Assembly (NCBI GenBank): GCA_963717145.1
Contig: OY970325.1
Span: 3,808,001 to 3,872,000 of the forward strand
Source: an uncultured Armatimonadetes bacterium
GTDB lineage: Bacteria > Armatimonadota > UBA5829 > DTJY01
Reading direction: 5' to 3'
Length of the DNA stretch: 64,000 nt
In this document: in pieces, positions 50,042 through 59,292 of the stretch
Layout of the letters: each line of letters starts with the position of its first letter
Numbering within the stretch: the first letter of the stretch is position 1
The notes under the pieces: generated by a model
Told to the model about the DNA's origin: nothing
The model's database searches: none
The model's input: only the letters and a program-made list of their open reading frames with translations
Program-made: the position numbers and the translations under genes

Positions 50042-50533
50042 ATGAGCAGCATCAAACGCTTCGCGAAGATAAGCTACCCATACGTGCTGCTTGCACTGGC
50101 AATGCACGTGGGAGCGATCATTCTCTGCTGCGTTAGGTTCGATAGCCTGGATCTGAGGACATTCCTACTATACGCTGGGACCTGGACGTTGGCGCTGATT
50201 GTTATTGCGATCCGGCGGTTCAAGCTATGGAAAGCGGTGATCTATCTTCTCCTGCTCGTCTCTGTCTACTTCGTCTGGACGGATCCTTACAACCCTCGCA
50301 GCCCGTTCCTAGCCGACCTGAACAGCATCAAGCCCGGCATGACTGTCGCTCAGGTGGAAGGCATGATGAAGTCCTACCGAGCATGGGGCGGCGAGTCGCG
50401 GGGGGCCACGCGGGTGATTGTCTATACCCACCGAAACCTGTCCGGATGGCGACAGAATTCGTACGGTGGCGATCTCGGTAGTGTGGTGTTCAAGAATGGC
50501 GAGGTCGCGAGAGTAGAATTCAGCCCCGACTAG
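50042..50533 (+). CDS. Hypothetical membrane protein with SmpA/OmlA-like C-terminus
   Basis: 3 TM segments; 'IKPGMTVAQV'; GGAGGT RBS. Confidence 0.65.
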   Translation: MSSIKRFAKISYPYVLLALAMHVGAIILCCVRFDSLDLRTFLLYAGTWTLALIVIAIRRFKLWKAVIYLLLLVSVYFVWTDPYNPRSPFLADLNSIKPGMTVAQVEGMMKSYRAWGGESRGATRVIVYTHRNLSGWRQNSYGGDLGSVVFKNGEVARVEFSPD

Positions 50534-51014
50534 TGTCCAGCTGGATACGCCTCAGTCGCTCCAGCAGTTCGGCCTTGCCGATCCGGTAGCGCCAGCCGCG
50601 CTCGGTCTCGCCGCAGACTGTGAACCCCATCTTGAGCACCAGCTCCGGGGAGAAGGGGTTGCGCTTGTTCGCGTAGGTCAGCACGGTGTCACATGGAATG
50701 CGCTCGATCTCGCTCAGGAATTTCGCCAACAGCCGGCGGAAGGTGACGCCGTTCCCTCGTGATTCCGCCTCAATCTGCATCTCGTCGATGCTGATCGTTC
50801 CCACACGTTCATCGACCGAGTAGAGCATGAACCCTCTCAGCCGATCACCCTCCTGAACGATCACGTGGCGGATGTCCTCATCCCGAATACGTCGCTTCCA
50901 CGCGCTCATCCACTCGTAGCACATATCGTCATATGCGCCCGGCAGAGGAACTATCTGCTGCATGTTGGCATGGAGCAGCACGTACATGCGGCTGAGGGTA
51001 TGTTCGTCGCGCAT
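50520..51014 (-). CDS. GNAT-fold hypothetical protein
   Basis: 'LRGFMLY', 'IDEMQIEAESRGNG', 'N..S..LVLKMGF'. Confidence 0.65.
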   Translation of the reverse strand: MRDEHTLSRMYVLLHANMQQIVPLPGAYDDMCYEWMSAWKRRIRDEDIRHVIVQEGDRLRGFMLYSVDERVGTISIDEMQIEAESRGNGVTFRRLLAKFLSEIERIPCDTVLTYANKRNPFSPELVLKMGFTVCGETERGWRYRIGKAELLERLRRIQLDTSRG

Positions 51015-51085
51015 GGAAAGCCTTCGAGAGGAGTATGGGGTTGGGAGACGCCCATACTCCCACACCCCCATACTCCCTTACTCTG

Positions 51086-52399
51086 CTAGAGCTTCCAGCC
51101 CTTGCGATACGGCATGTTGATGAACTCGTCTGCCTTCGGGCAGCCGATCGCCCGCATGGCCTTCGAATCCCAGTAGATCGGCTCGCCGACCAGGACCGCC
51201 AGGTTGCCGAGCAGCGCGAACTCCGTCAGCGCGGACGCGTAGTCGAAATTCGACATCGCCGGCTCTCCACCCCTGCACGCGCGCAGCCACTCCGTATAGT
51301 GACCCGGCGAGCGGGGGAGCGTCGGAACGGGCTTCTTGTAACCATCGTACTTCGCGGCCGGCAGCAGCTCGTAGCGGGATCCGTAGTCATCCGGCGTGTA
51401 CAGGTAGCCCTCGTCGCCGATGATCACACAGCCGCTTCCCGGCATATCGCGACCCGGAAGGACACGGGAGGGTGGCTTCATGCCGCCGTCATACCAGGTC
51501 AACCGGTATGGCTGGAGCGCATTCGCGTGTGGGAACGTGTAGCGCACGACCGACTTGTTTGGATAGGCTTCGGCCGTCTTCCCCTGAACTTCCGCCTCGA
51601 CAGAGATCGGGTTGCTGAGATCGAGGGCCATGAACGGCATATTCATCGTATGGCAGCCCATGTCCCCGATCGCGCCGCATCCAAAATCGACCCATCCACG
51701 CCAGTTGAACGGCAGGTACGTGGGATTGTACGGCCGCACGGGCGCCGGGCCGAGCCAGACGTCCCAATCGAGGTCCTTCGGGATCGGCGGGGTCTCGGTT
51801 GGGCGGTTCATCCCCTGAGGCCACACGGGCCGGTTCGACCAGATGTGTACCTCGCGGATGTTCCCGAGTGCGCCTGCCTTGATGACCTCGACCGCCTCCC
51901 GCAGACCGCTCTCGGCCGTGCCCTGGTTGCCCATCTGCGTGGCGACCTTGTATTTGCGCGCGGTGTCGCGCATCAGCCGCGCCTCATAGAGTGTGTGGGT
52001 GAGCGGCTTCTGGCAGAAGCAGTGCTTGCCCATGCGCATCGCGGTCACGGCGGCGATCGCATGGAAGTGGTCCGGCGTGCTGACGGTCACGGCGTCGATC
52101 TGGTCGCCCATCTCGTCGAACATCACGCGGAAATCGTGGTACCGCTTGGCATTCGGCCAGTCGCGAAACGCATCGCCGGCGCGCCCGAAATCGGCGTCGC
52201 ACAGCGCCACGATGTTCTCGCCGGCCTGGGCGCACGGGCCGATGTCACTGTGGCCCTTGCCACCGCAGCCGATCCCGGCGACGTTCAGCTTCTCGTTGGC
52301 CTCATAGGCGAAAGCCGTCCGGCTATTGGTCAGAAACAGAATGCCCAACCCGCCGGCCGCGGCGCCTTTCAGGAAATCCCTACGTGTAGTTCCAGACAT
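51086..52399 (-). CDS. Tat-exported Gfo/Idh/MocA oxidoreductase
   Basis: 'TRRDFLK', 'GIGCGGKG', 'STPDHFH', 'CQKPL', 'WDVWLGPAP'. Confidence 0.92.
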   Translation of the reverse strand: MSGTTRRDFLKGAAAGGLGILFLTNSRTAFAYEANEKLNVAGIGCGGKGHSDIGPCAQAGENIVALCDADFGRAGDAFRDWPNAKRYHDFRVMFDEMGDQIDAVTVSTPDHFHAIAAVTAMRMGKHCFCQKPLTHTLYEARLMRDTARKYKVATQMGNQGTAESGLREAVEVIKAGALGNIREVHIWSNRPVWPQGMNRPTETPPIPKDLDWDVWLGPAPVRPYNPTYLPFNWRGWVDFGCGAIGDMGCHTMNMPFMALDLSNPISVEAEVQGKTAEAYPNKSVVRYTFPHANALQPYRLTWYDGGMKPPSRVLPGRDMPGSGCVIIGDEGYLYTPDDYGSRYELLPAAKYDGYKKPVPTLPRSPGHYTEWLRACRGGEPAMSNFDYASALTEFALLGNLAVLVGEPIYWDSKAMRAIGCPKADEFINMPYRKGWKL

Positions 52400-52528
52400 G
52401 TCAACCCTCCGTAGTTACATCTCCGCACCCGGCGTCTCCACCGGCTCACAGGAGCATTCCATGCGAGGGCAGGGGACTCCTGCTTGGGAGAATGGTTGAT
52501 GGTTCATGGTTGATGGCTGATGGGGAAT

Positions 52529-52590
52529 GGGAGGGCGAGGCTCCGTCCGAGCCGCGGGCAGACCGTAGGGGCCGTGCCTCTGTGCCGGCC
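52529..52590. repeat. Half copies of the copB-type and family A palindromic elements
   Basis: GGGAGGGCGAGGCTCCGTCCGAGCCG (52529-52554), then GTAGGGGCCGTGCCTCTGTGCCGGCC (52565-52590). Confidence 0.75.
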
Positions 52591-52595
52591 CGATC

Positions 52596-52841
52596 TCACC
52601 GATCTCGGCCCTCACGGATATCCTCCAGCGAGTCCGGTCCGGACGAGGGTTCCAATGTTGCACGCCGTCGAGCCATGTTGTCCAGAGCTTGCAACCTCTG
52701 TTCCCGAAGCTCTTCATGCTTCAGCGCCTCCTCGATGAGCACAATCACCTGTGCGCTCAACGACCGGTGATTCGCCTTCGCGAGGTCGCGGAGCTTCTCG
52801 TAGAGATCGTCAGGGAAATTCCGAACATATAGCGTCGCCAT
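52596..52841 (-). CDS. Arc/FitA-like ribbon-helix-helix antitoxin-type protein
   Basis: 'MATLYVRNFPDDLYEKLRDLAKANHRSLSAQV', C-terminal 'DSLEDIREGRDR'; TTGCGT-N17-TATAAT at 52865-52893. Confidence 0.85.
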   Translation of the reverse strand: MATLYVRNFPDDLYEKLRDLAKANHRSLSAQVIVLIEEALKHEELREQRLQALDNMARRRATLEPSSGPDSLEDIREGRDR

Positions 52842-52898
52842 GGTGTTCATCGACTCCTGCGAGGATTATAGCCGTTCCGCTTGCATTACGCAAGCGCT

Positions 52899-54053
52899 CT
52901 ATCTCATCAGCGGGCTCAGGGAGCGGAGGCGGGCGACTATGGGCGGGAAGTGCTCGAGGACGAAATCGAGGTCTGCCTTGGTGGTGAAGCGGCCGAGGGA
53001 GAAGCGGATCGTGCCGTGCGCGATATCGAGTGGAAGCCCAATCGCCTTCAGGACGTGCGACGGTTCGAGCGACCCCGAGGTACACGCCGAGCCGCTCGAG
53101 GCCGCCACGCCGATCATGTCGAGGCTGAGGAGCATCGACTCGCCCTCGATGTACCGGACCGCGACGTTCACGTTGTTCGGGAGCCGCCTGGTGGGATGGC
53201 CGTTCAGCCGAATGCCCTCGATCCGCCCGACCAGCCCGCTGATGAGGTAGTCGCGCAAGTCGGAGATCGACCGCGCGCGCGCCTCGATATCCACCTGCGA
53301 GATCTCCAATGCCTTCGCCAGGCCGACGATCCCCGGGACGTTCTCCGTCCCTGCACGACGCTGGCGTTCCTGGGAGCCGCCGTGGATGATCGGGGCAATC
53401 CGCGTCCCCTTGCGGACGTAGAGCGCGCCGATCCCCTTCGGCCCGTAGAACTTGTGCGCCGTGAGGGTGAGCAGATCGACGCCGAGGTCGTCGACGTTCA
53501 CCGGGATCGCGCCGACCGCCTGCACCGCATCCGAGTGGAGCAGAATCCCTCGCTCGCGGGTCACCTTCGATATCTCATCGAGCGGCTCGATCGTCCCGAT
53601 CTCGTTGTTCGCGTGCATCACGGAGACCAGGATCGTCTTGTCCGTGATCGCCTTCTCGACATCGGCCGAATCGACGAGGCCGTGTTGATCGACCGGGAGG
53701 ACGGTGGTCTCGACGCCGGCGGCCTTGAGGTACTCGCAGGTCTCGAGGACGGCATGGTGCTCGATGGCCGTCGTGACGATGTGGTTGCCCTTCTTCGCGG
53801 CTTTCGCTATCCCGATCAGCGCGAGGTTGTCGGACTCCGTGCCGCCGCTCGTGAAGTAGACCTCCGAGGCATCCGCGCCGATGATGCGCGCGACCGCATC
53901 CCGGCTCTCATCGAGCGCGCGCTTCGCCTCCTGGCCGAAGGAGTGCACGCTCGACGGGTTGCCGAACATCTCGGTCATGTATGGCCGCATCGCATCGGCG
54001 ACCTCCGGCAGCACCGGCGTCGTCGCGGCGTAATCGAGGTATATTCGTCTCAT
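52899..54053 (-). CDS. iscS: Cysteine desulfurase IscS/NifS
   Basis: 'YLDYAATTP', 'TSGGTESDN', 'AHKFYGPKG', 'SSGSACTS'. Confidence 0.95.
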   Translation of the reverse strand: MRRIYLDYAATTPVLPEVADAMRPYMTEMFGNPSSVHSFGQEAKRALDESRDAVARIIGADASEVYFTSGGTESDNLALIGIAKAAKKGNHIVTTAIEHHAVLETCEYLKAAGVETTVLPVDQHGLVDSADVEKAITDKTILVSVMHANNEIGTIEPLDEISKVTRERGILLHSDAVQAVGAIPVNVDDLGVDLLTLTAHKFYGPKGIGALYVRKGTRIAPIIHGGSQERQRRAGTENVPGIVGLAKALEISQVDIEARARSISDLRDYLISGLVGRIEGIRLNGHPTRRLPNNVNVAVRYIEGESMLLSLDMIGVAASSGSACTSGSLEPSHVLKAIGLPLDIAHGTIRFSLGRFTTKADLDFVLEHFPPIVARLRSLSPLMR

Positions 54054-54059
54054 GCCCTG

Positions 54060-54088
54060 ATGTTAAAGCATCAGGCTGCGAATGTCAA
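54060..54088 (-). promoter_or_regulatory. sigma70 promoter giving a leaderless iscS transcript
   Basis: TTGACA-N17-TAACAT, ATG 6 nt downstream, no SD. Confidence 0.65.
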
Positions 54089-54132
54089 AGCATGCTGAAG
54101 CAAGCTGACACCTTGCTGGGTAAGAACAGGGT

Positions 54133-54666
54133 ATGCCAAAGACCATCTGGACCGTGGGACATTCGACCCGAACCATCGACGAGTTCATCGCCCTCTTGAA
54201 GGGCTTCGATATCGAAGTCGTGGCGCATGTCAGGACCATCCCGCGCTCCCGGAGAAACCCTCAGTTCAACCGGGACGAGCTGGAGCGGGTACTTCCCGAG
54301 GCCGGGATCGAGTATGCGTACCAGGACCACCTCGGCGGGCTGCGGCATCCCCGGAAGGACTCGACGAACACTGCCTGGCAAGACGAGGGCTTCCGAGGCT
54401 ACGCGGACTACATGCAGACGCCCGCGTTCGATGAGTCGCTGGAACGGCTGATCGAGCTTGCCGAGCGGAAGCGCACGGCGATCATGTGCGCGGAGGTCCT
54501 GCCGTGGAAGTGCCACCGGTCACTCATCGCCGATGCACTCGTCGTCCGTGGCTTCGACGTCATCGAAATCATCGGCGAGGGGGAATCCCGCCGGCACAAG
54601 ATGACCCCCTTCGCCCGGGTCGAGGGCGTGAAGGTCACATATCCTGACGTTGAAGCATCAGTCTAG
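54133..54666 (+). CDS. DUF488 family protein
   Basis: 'TIWTVGHSTR', 'VRTIPRSR.NPQF', 'LGGLR', 'MCAE..PWKCHR'. Confidence 0.9.
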   Translation: MPKTIWTVGHSTRTIDEFIALLKGFDIEVVAHVRTIPRSRRNPQFNRDELERVLPEAGIEYAYQDHLGGLRHPRKDSTNTAWQDEGFRGYADYMQTPAFDESLERLIELAERKRTAIMCAEVLPWKCHRSLIADALVVRGFDVIEIIGEGESRRHKMTPFARVEGVKVTYPDVEASV

Positions 54667-56254
54667 CAGCCTGTCCATGAAATAACCTCTGGCGCAAGGT
54701 GCCAGGTATGTAGTAAAATACGGGTATGAGCAAGCCATACCTTCCTTATCAACCTGACCAGATATTGCTGTTGCCGCCCTTGATGTCGGAGTGGCTGCCC
54801 GAGGGACATCTCGCATACTTTGTGAGCGATGTCGTAGACAGTCTCGACCTTTCCGCGATATACGCCTCATACGAGAAAGAGGCCCGAGGAGCGCCGCCGT
54901 TCCATCCGGCAATGCTTACAAAGATCATATTCTACGGTTTGTGCCGGGGAGTGTATTCATCTCGAAAGCTCTCCCTGGCCACGTATGAAGATGTAGCCTT
55001 CCGGGTGCTTGCGGCAGGAAATCATCCCGACTTCCGCACGATAAGCGAGTTCAGGAAGAGGCATCTCAAGTCCCTTGCGGACCTGTTTGTGCAAGTGCTC
55101 AGGCTATGCGCAAGCGCCGGGCTTGTGTCGATGAAACACATAGCCATAGACGGAACAAAGCTGCTTGCCAACGCAAGCAAGCACTCCGCCATGAGCTACT
55201 CTCGGATGGTCGAGAAAGAAAAAGAGCTTCAGGCTGAGATCGAGGCGCTCCTTGCGAAGGGTCTTTCTGTGGACGACCAGGAAGACGCGGAATATGGTCT
55301 TGACCGCCGAGGAGACGAACTCCCGGAGGAACTCGCAACCAGAGAGAAGCGGCTCGCCAAGATCAGGGAAGCAAAAGAAGCGCTGGAGCGCGAGGCCAAA
55401 GAGCGAGCATCAGCCGAAGAAGCGATGCGAGCCCAAGAGAAGGCGGAGCAGGAAGCATCCGGGAAGAAGCCTCGCGGCAGAGAGCCGGGGCCCGTAAAGA
55501 CAGAGCCGGAAGGGAAGGCACAGCGGAACTTCACAGACCCGGAAAGCCGGATAATGAAGGACGCAAAGAAAGCCTTCGTGCAGGCATACAACGGACAAGC
55601 TGCGGTAGACGCAGATCATCAGATTGTAGTGGCGTGTGATCTCACGAACCAGGCAGCGGACTCACCGCATCTTAGTGACATGATCGAGGCAATCAAGGAG
55701 AACACCGGAAAGAAACCGGAAGAACTATCCGCCGATGCCGGATACTTCAGCAGCGACAACATAGAGATGGTCGAGCAGCAAGGGATCGACGCTTATATAC
55801 CGCCTGACAGACAACGTCATGGCAAAGAGCCGACGGCGCCTTCCTGCCTTGATCCGGCAAAGCAATCCGCCGCAGATCGCCAGAGAGCAAAGCTCTTGAC
55901 TCCTCTTGGCCGAAAGATCTACGGGAGGCGGAAGGAGACGGTAGAGCCGGTGTTCGGCCAGATCAAGAGCGCACGGAACTTCCGAGGCTTCCTACTCCGA
56001 GGCCTTGCGAAAGCGAAGTCGGAGTGGACGCTTGCGTGTCTTGGGCACAACATGCTGAAGCTATACCGATACGGCGACCGGAAATCGATCTTCGATACGT
56101 AGATATATGACCTGGATCAGGCTGATTATCAAGGTACAAGGGGTCTTTACAGACCCTCGCCGGAAATCCGGCGAAAAACACTATCGAACAGCAGCCAGCG
56201 CGACCCCGCAGATGGGAAACTCACCCACATAGCGGGGAATTCTCAGACAGGCTG
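54667..56254 (+). mobile_element. IS1182-family insertion sequence
   Basis: Terminal IRs CAGCCTGTC../..GACAGGCTG; CTAG duplicated at 54663-54666 and 56255-56258; distinct codon usage. Confidence 0.9.
54726..56102 (+). CDS. IS1182-family transposase
   Basis: 'YSSRKL', 'PDFRTISEFR', 'IDGTK', 'FTDPESR', 'YNGQ', 'ADAGY', 'VEPVFGQIK'. Confidence 0.93.
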   Translation: MSKPYLPYQPDQILLLPPLMSEWLPEGHLAYFVSDVVDSLDLSAIYASYEKEARGAPPFHPAMLTKIIFYGLCRGVYSSRKLSLATYEDVAFRVLAAGNHPDFRTISEFRKRHLKSLADLFVQVLRLCASAGLVSMKHIAIDGTKLLANASKHSAMSYSRMVEKEKELQAEIEALLAKGLSVDDQEDAEYGLDRRGDELPEELATREKRLAKIREAKEALEREAKERASAEEAMRAQEKAEQEASGKKPRGREPGPVKTEPEGKAQRNFTDPESRIMKDAKKAFVQAYNGQAAVDADHQIVVACDLTNQAADSPHLSDMIEAIKENTGKKPEELSADAGYFSSDNIEMVEQQGIDAYIPPDRQRHGKEPTAPSCLDPAKQSAADRQRAKLLTPLGRKIYGRRKETVEPVFGQIKSARNFRGFLLRGLAKAKSEWTLACLGHNMLKLYRYGDRKSIFDT

Positions 56255-56264
56255 CTAGCAATCG

Positions 56265-57287
56265 TCACTCAGGAGTCACCCACCGCCGCCTGAACTCCCT
56301 CCACTCGGAGTCGGAGGTTGTCCACTCGGCATACACCGCGGCCCCCACCTTGCGCCGATCGTCTCCATTCAGCCTGGCAACCCCGGCCTGCAGTCCGCTG
56401 ATCGCAGTCCCGACGTTCTCAACCCGCCGTATGTGGGCCAAAGACCCCTTCTCGTAGGTCGGGATGCCGATCAGCAGGTCATCGACACCGTTTGCCACCG
56501 ACCATTCGACGATCCAGGCGATATCCCGGCCGTAGAGTCCGGGCAGCGGGATGCCGGAATCGTAGGCCATCACGGCCACCTGGTCCACCTGATGAGCCAC
56601 TTTGAGGAAATAGTCACGATTCCAATACCCAGGATTCGTTGCGACCCTTTCGGCAATCCACACCATGGCCGAAACCGGCGACGGCTTTGAGGCTGCAACG
56701 GACAGGACGGCGCCTCGCTTCCGTGTCACGAGGTGAGTTGTCTCTAGCAGCGCGATGAAATCTCGATCGCCGCTGTGGATCGGCTCGATGTCGTAGTGTA
56801 TGCCGTCGAACCCGAGGTCGAGCAGCCACTCCGCGGTGCGGATGATCGCGGACCGGGTCTTAGCTGAGGAGATATCAAGCGGCCCGCCTCCCCTGCGCTC
56901 GACCTGCCCGAGCCACGCCTGCAGTCGCACCTCCGGGGCAAGCTTCTTCATGCTGGCGACGAAGTCCCTGATAGCCCGCGCCTTGTTCCGATCAATGGTA
57001 CCGTCCGCCAGCAGAGGGCCTGTGTGGACGTAGGCATCGCTCATCTTCATCTCGGTGAGCAGGAGTGCAAGGTCCCGATACTGGGCTTCCGAACGCGGTT
57101 CGCCCACCCATGCGTGCCGGATCCAGAGTGCATTATGTCCCTCGGAGGTGACAGCGGGCACGCGGGACCTGAAGGTGAATTCCTCGGCGATGATGAGCAA
57201 GCCGATCACGAGCAGGAAACCGGCGATCGTGAGTAGCCGCTTCCGAGTGAGCCGGCCTTTCTTGCGAAGTCTCGGTAAGTTGGACAT
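56265..57287 (-). CDS. Membrane-anchored GH18-like TIM-barrel protein
   Basis: N-terminal TM; 'GFDGIHYDIEP', 'VAVMAYD'; ATG 57287. Confidence 0.7.
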   Translation of the reverse strand: MSNLPRLRKKGRLTRKRLLTIAGFLLVIGLLIIAEEFTFRSRVPAVTSEGHNALWIRHAWVGEPRSEAQYRDLALLLTEMKMSDAYVHTGPLLADGTIDRNKARAIRDFVASMKKLAPEVRLQAWLGQVERRGGGPLDISSAKTRSAIIRTAEWLLDLGFDGIHYDIEPIHSGDRDFIALLETTHLVTRKRGAVLSVAASKPSPVSAMVWIAERVATNPGYWNRDYFLKVAHQVDQVAVMAYDSGIPLPGLYGRDIAWIVEWSVANGVDDLLIGIPTYEKGSLAHIRRVENVGTAISGLQAGVARLNGDDRRKVGAAVYAEWTTSDSEWREFRRRWVTPE

Positions 57288-57292
57288 CTCTC

Positions 57293-58891
57293 TCAGTCCG
57301 GGCCTTCCGTGACGATTGAGCGCTTGCGTCGGAAGCGGCGGGCGATCTGGCCCCAGACCTCGGCGGCCTCCTGCACCTTCAGGAGCGCCACCAGTCCCGC
57401 ATAGACCAGTACCCCGAGTCCGCCGGCGACGAGCACGCCGATCGAGGCGCCGGACCGCAACGAGGTGTCGAAATGACCGCCGACCATCCGGAACGCGTAC
57501 CACGCCACTCCGCCCGCCGCCAGCGACGCGAGAGTCACCTTTGCGAACGAATGAATGATCAGCCCGCCGTTCAGCCCGCCGAGCCGACGACGGAGGAGTT
57601 CCATCATGATCGTGAGGTGGAGCGCCACCGCGATGGAGGTCGCAAGCGCGAGCCCGCCGTGTCCGAGCGGCTTCATCAGCAGCCAGTTCAGGGGAATAAA
57701 TATGAACGTCACGATCGTTCCGCTGATCACCGGCACCATCGACTCCTGCAGGGCATAGAACCCGCGGGAGGCAACCGCCTGCCCGGCCCACGCCGCGAGC
57801 CCGATCGAATAGAAGATCAGCGCGTAGGCCACATACGGCGCGTCCGACGGTACGAACTCCCCGTGCTGGAAGAGCATCCGAACGATCGGCGTTGCAAGCA
57901 CGATCATCAGCACCGACGACGGTACCGTCAGGAAGAACACGCCCCGGAGCCCGAAGTTCAATCCGTCGCGAAGCTCGCGCATCTCATTGCGGGCGGCCTG
58001 CGCGGCGAGGGTGGGGAACAGGGCCACCGCGGAGGCCTGCGCGAATACCCCCAAAGGCATCTGCATCAGCCGATTTGCGTAGTTCAATGCCGCGACCGCT
58101 CCCTCGCTCAGGGTCGACGCGAAGGCCCGGTTGATGATGACATCGACGTATGGAAGCGAGAGCCCGAGCATCACCGGGAGCGCGAGCTTCCCGACCTTCA
58201 CTACGCCGGGGTGACGCAGGTAGAGGCTCGGACGGAACTTTGCGCCGAACCTGCGCGCGACCAGGATCTGCAGCAGGAAGTTGCCGACGAACGAGCCGAC
58301 GAGCACGCCCCAGGTCAGTCCCACGATGCCGAGCTGGCCTGCCAGGAACAGCCCGCCGCATATGATGCCGACGTTGTAGATGATCGGACCGAGCGCGGGT
58401 GTGACGAAGTGCTGACGCGAGTACAGCGTCGCCATCACGAGCCCGCCGATAAGGAAGAACATCTGAGCCGGCAGGACCACTCGTGTTAGCAGGACGGAAA
58501 GATCGAAGAGTTCGCGGTTCTTCAACACGCCGGGCGCCACCAACGGCAGCAGATGAGGGGCCAGGAACTCGCAGACGACTATCAGCACGACCAGGACGCC
58601 GAAGATGAACGTGCCGACGATGCTGAATATCTTCCACGCCTCCTTCTCCTCGCCCTTGGTCAGGTATTCGGTGAACACCGGGATGAATGCGGCACTCAAT
58701 GCACCGCTCGAGAGCAGGAAGTAGAGGAGGTCCGGCAGTTGGAAGGCGATGCCATACGCATCCACCTCGAGGCCGACGCCGAACTTGCTGGCGATAACCA
58801 TCTCCCGGACGACGCCCAGGATGCGGCTCAGCAAAATGGCCACCATCATGATGCCGGCGGCCTTGGTTACGGTCTTGGTGGTGGTGGACAT
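57293..58891 (-). CDS. murJ: Lipid II flippase MurJ (MviN)
   Basis: 'LSRILGVVRE', 'GALSAAFIPVF', 'YANRLMQMPLG', multiple TMs; TTGACA-N17-TATACT at 58902-58930. Confidence 0.93.
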   Translation of the reverse strand: MSTTTKTVTKAAGIMMVAILLSRILGVVREMVIASKFGVGLEVDAYGIAFQLPDLLYFLLSSGALSAAFIPVFTEYLTKGEEKEAWKIFSIVGTFIFGVLVVLIVVCEFLAPHLLPLVAPGVLKNRELFDLSVLLTRVVLPAQMFFLIGGLVMATLYSRQHFVTPALGPIIYNVGIICGGLFLAGQLGIVGLTWGVLVGSFVGNFLLQILVARRFGAKFRPSLYLRHPGVVKVGKLALPVMLGLSLPYVDVIINRAFASTLSEGAVAALNYANRLMQMPLGVFAQASAVALFPTLAAQAARNEMRELRDGLNFGLRGVFFLTVPSSVLMIVLATPIVRMLFQHGEFVPSDAPYVAYALIFYSIGLAAWAGQAVASRGFYALQESMVPVISGTIVTFIFIPLNWLLMKPLGHGGLALATSIAVALHLTIMMELLRRRLGGLNGGLIIHSFAKVTLASLAAGGVAWYAFRMVGGHFDTSLRSGASIGVLVAGGLGVLVYAGLVALLKVQEAAEVWGQIARRFRRKRSIVTEGPD

Positions 58892-59018
58892 GACGGGACT
58901 AAGTATAGGTTTCCGGCCCAGTGGTGTCAATGTGGCGCAAAGGGATAGGGGTTGGTGGTTGATGGTCAATGGTGGTGGCCTCCAGATGCAGAAGTTCCAT
59001 TGGCCATCAACCACTAGA

Positions 59019-59047
59019 TTAGACGACTGGATTCAGGAAAAGTTTCA
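59019..59047 (-). promoter_or_regulatory. Putative ECF-sigma promoter upstream of murJ
   Basis: TGAAAC-N16-CGTCTAA. Confidence 0.6.
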
Positions 59048-59063
59048 TTGAAGGTGGCTGCCA

Positions 59064-59092
59064 TTGACAATCTCGACGCGAACCGTTACAGT
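59064..59092 (+). promoter_or_regulatory. sigma70 promoter for the riboswitch/antiporter
   Basis: TTGACA-N17-TACAGT. Confidence 0.65.
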
Positions 59093-59116
59093 AGACATCG
59101 TTCCGAGTGTCCCGCA

Positions 59117-59226
59117 CAAAGGGGAGTAGCACGCCGCCGACCGGCGGTGCGGATGGGGTCAACACCACGCCCACTGGGCTGGTCCCTCCTGCAACCTGCA
59201 AGATTGGCTGCAATGCAAGACCTTTG
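59117..59226 (+). ncRNA. yybP-ykoY (Mn2+) riboswitch
   Basis: CAAAGGGGAGTAGC ... GTCAACAC ... GCAAGACCTTTG; P1 CAAAGG/CCTTTG. Confidence 0.85.
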
Positions 59227-59268
59227 GCTCCGTCGGCCGTGCCGATGCGTTTGCCAAGGGTCTTTTTG
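59219..59268 (+). terminator. Riboswitch expression-platform terminator
   Basis: GACCTTTGGC...GCCAAGGGTC-TTTTT; 5' arm overlaps the P1 3' strand. Confidence 0.7.
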
Positions 59269-59292
59269 GTGAGATCAGGGAGTAATGATGCC

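Noticed and set aside
22342-54098. Long antisense or alternate-frame ORFs (e.g. 22342-23523, 26238-27470, 32359-33528, 34169-35323, 38801-40090, 51035-52414, 52881-54098)
   Set aside because: Shadow ORFs of well-supported genes, expected in high-GC DNA; no recognisable motifs.
36627-59014. N-terminal extensions in the ORF track for recA (to 37868), thpR (38524), cinA (39844), 41995, 47847, 57791 and murJ (59014)
   Set aside because: The extensions translate repeats or promoter DNA; downstream starts have RBS or promoter support.
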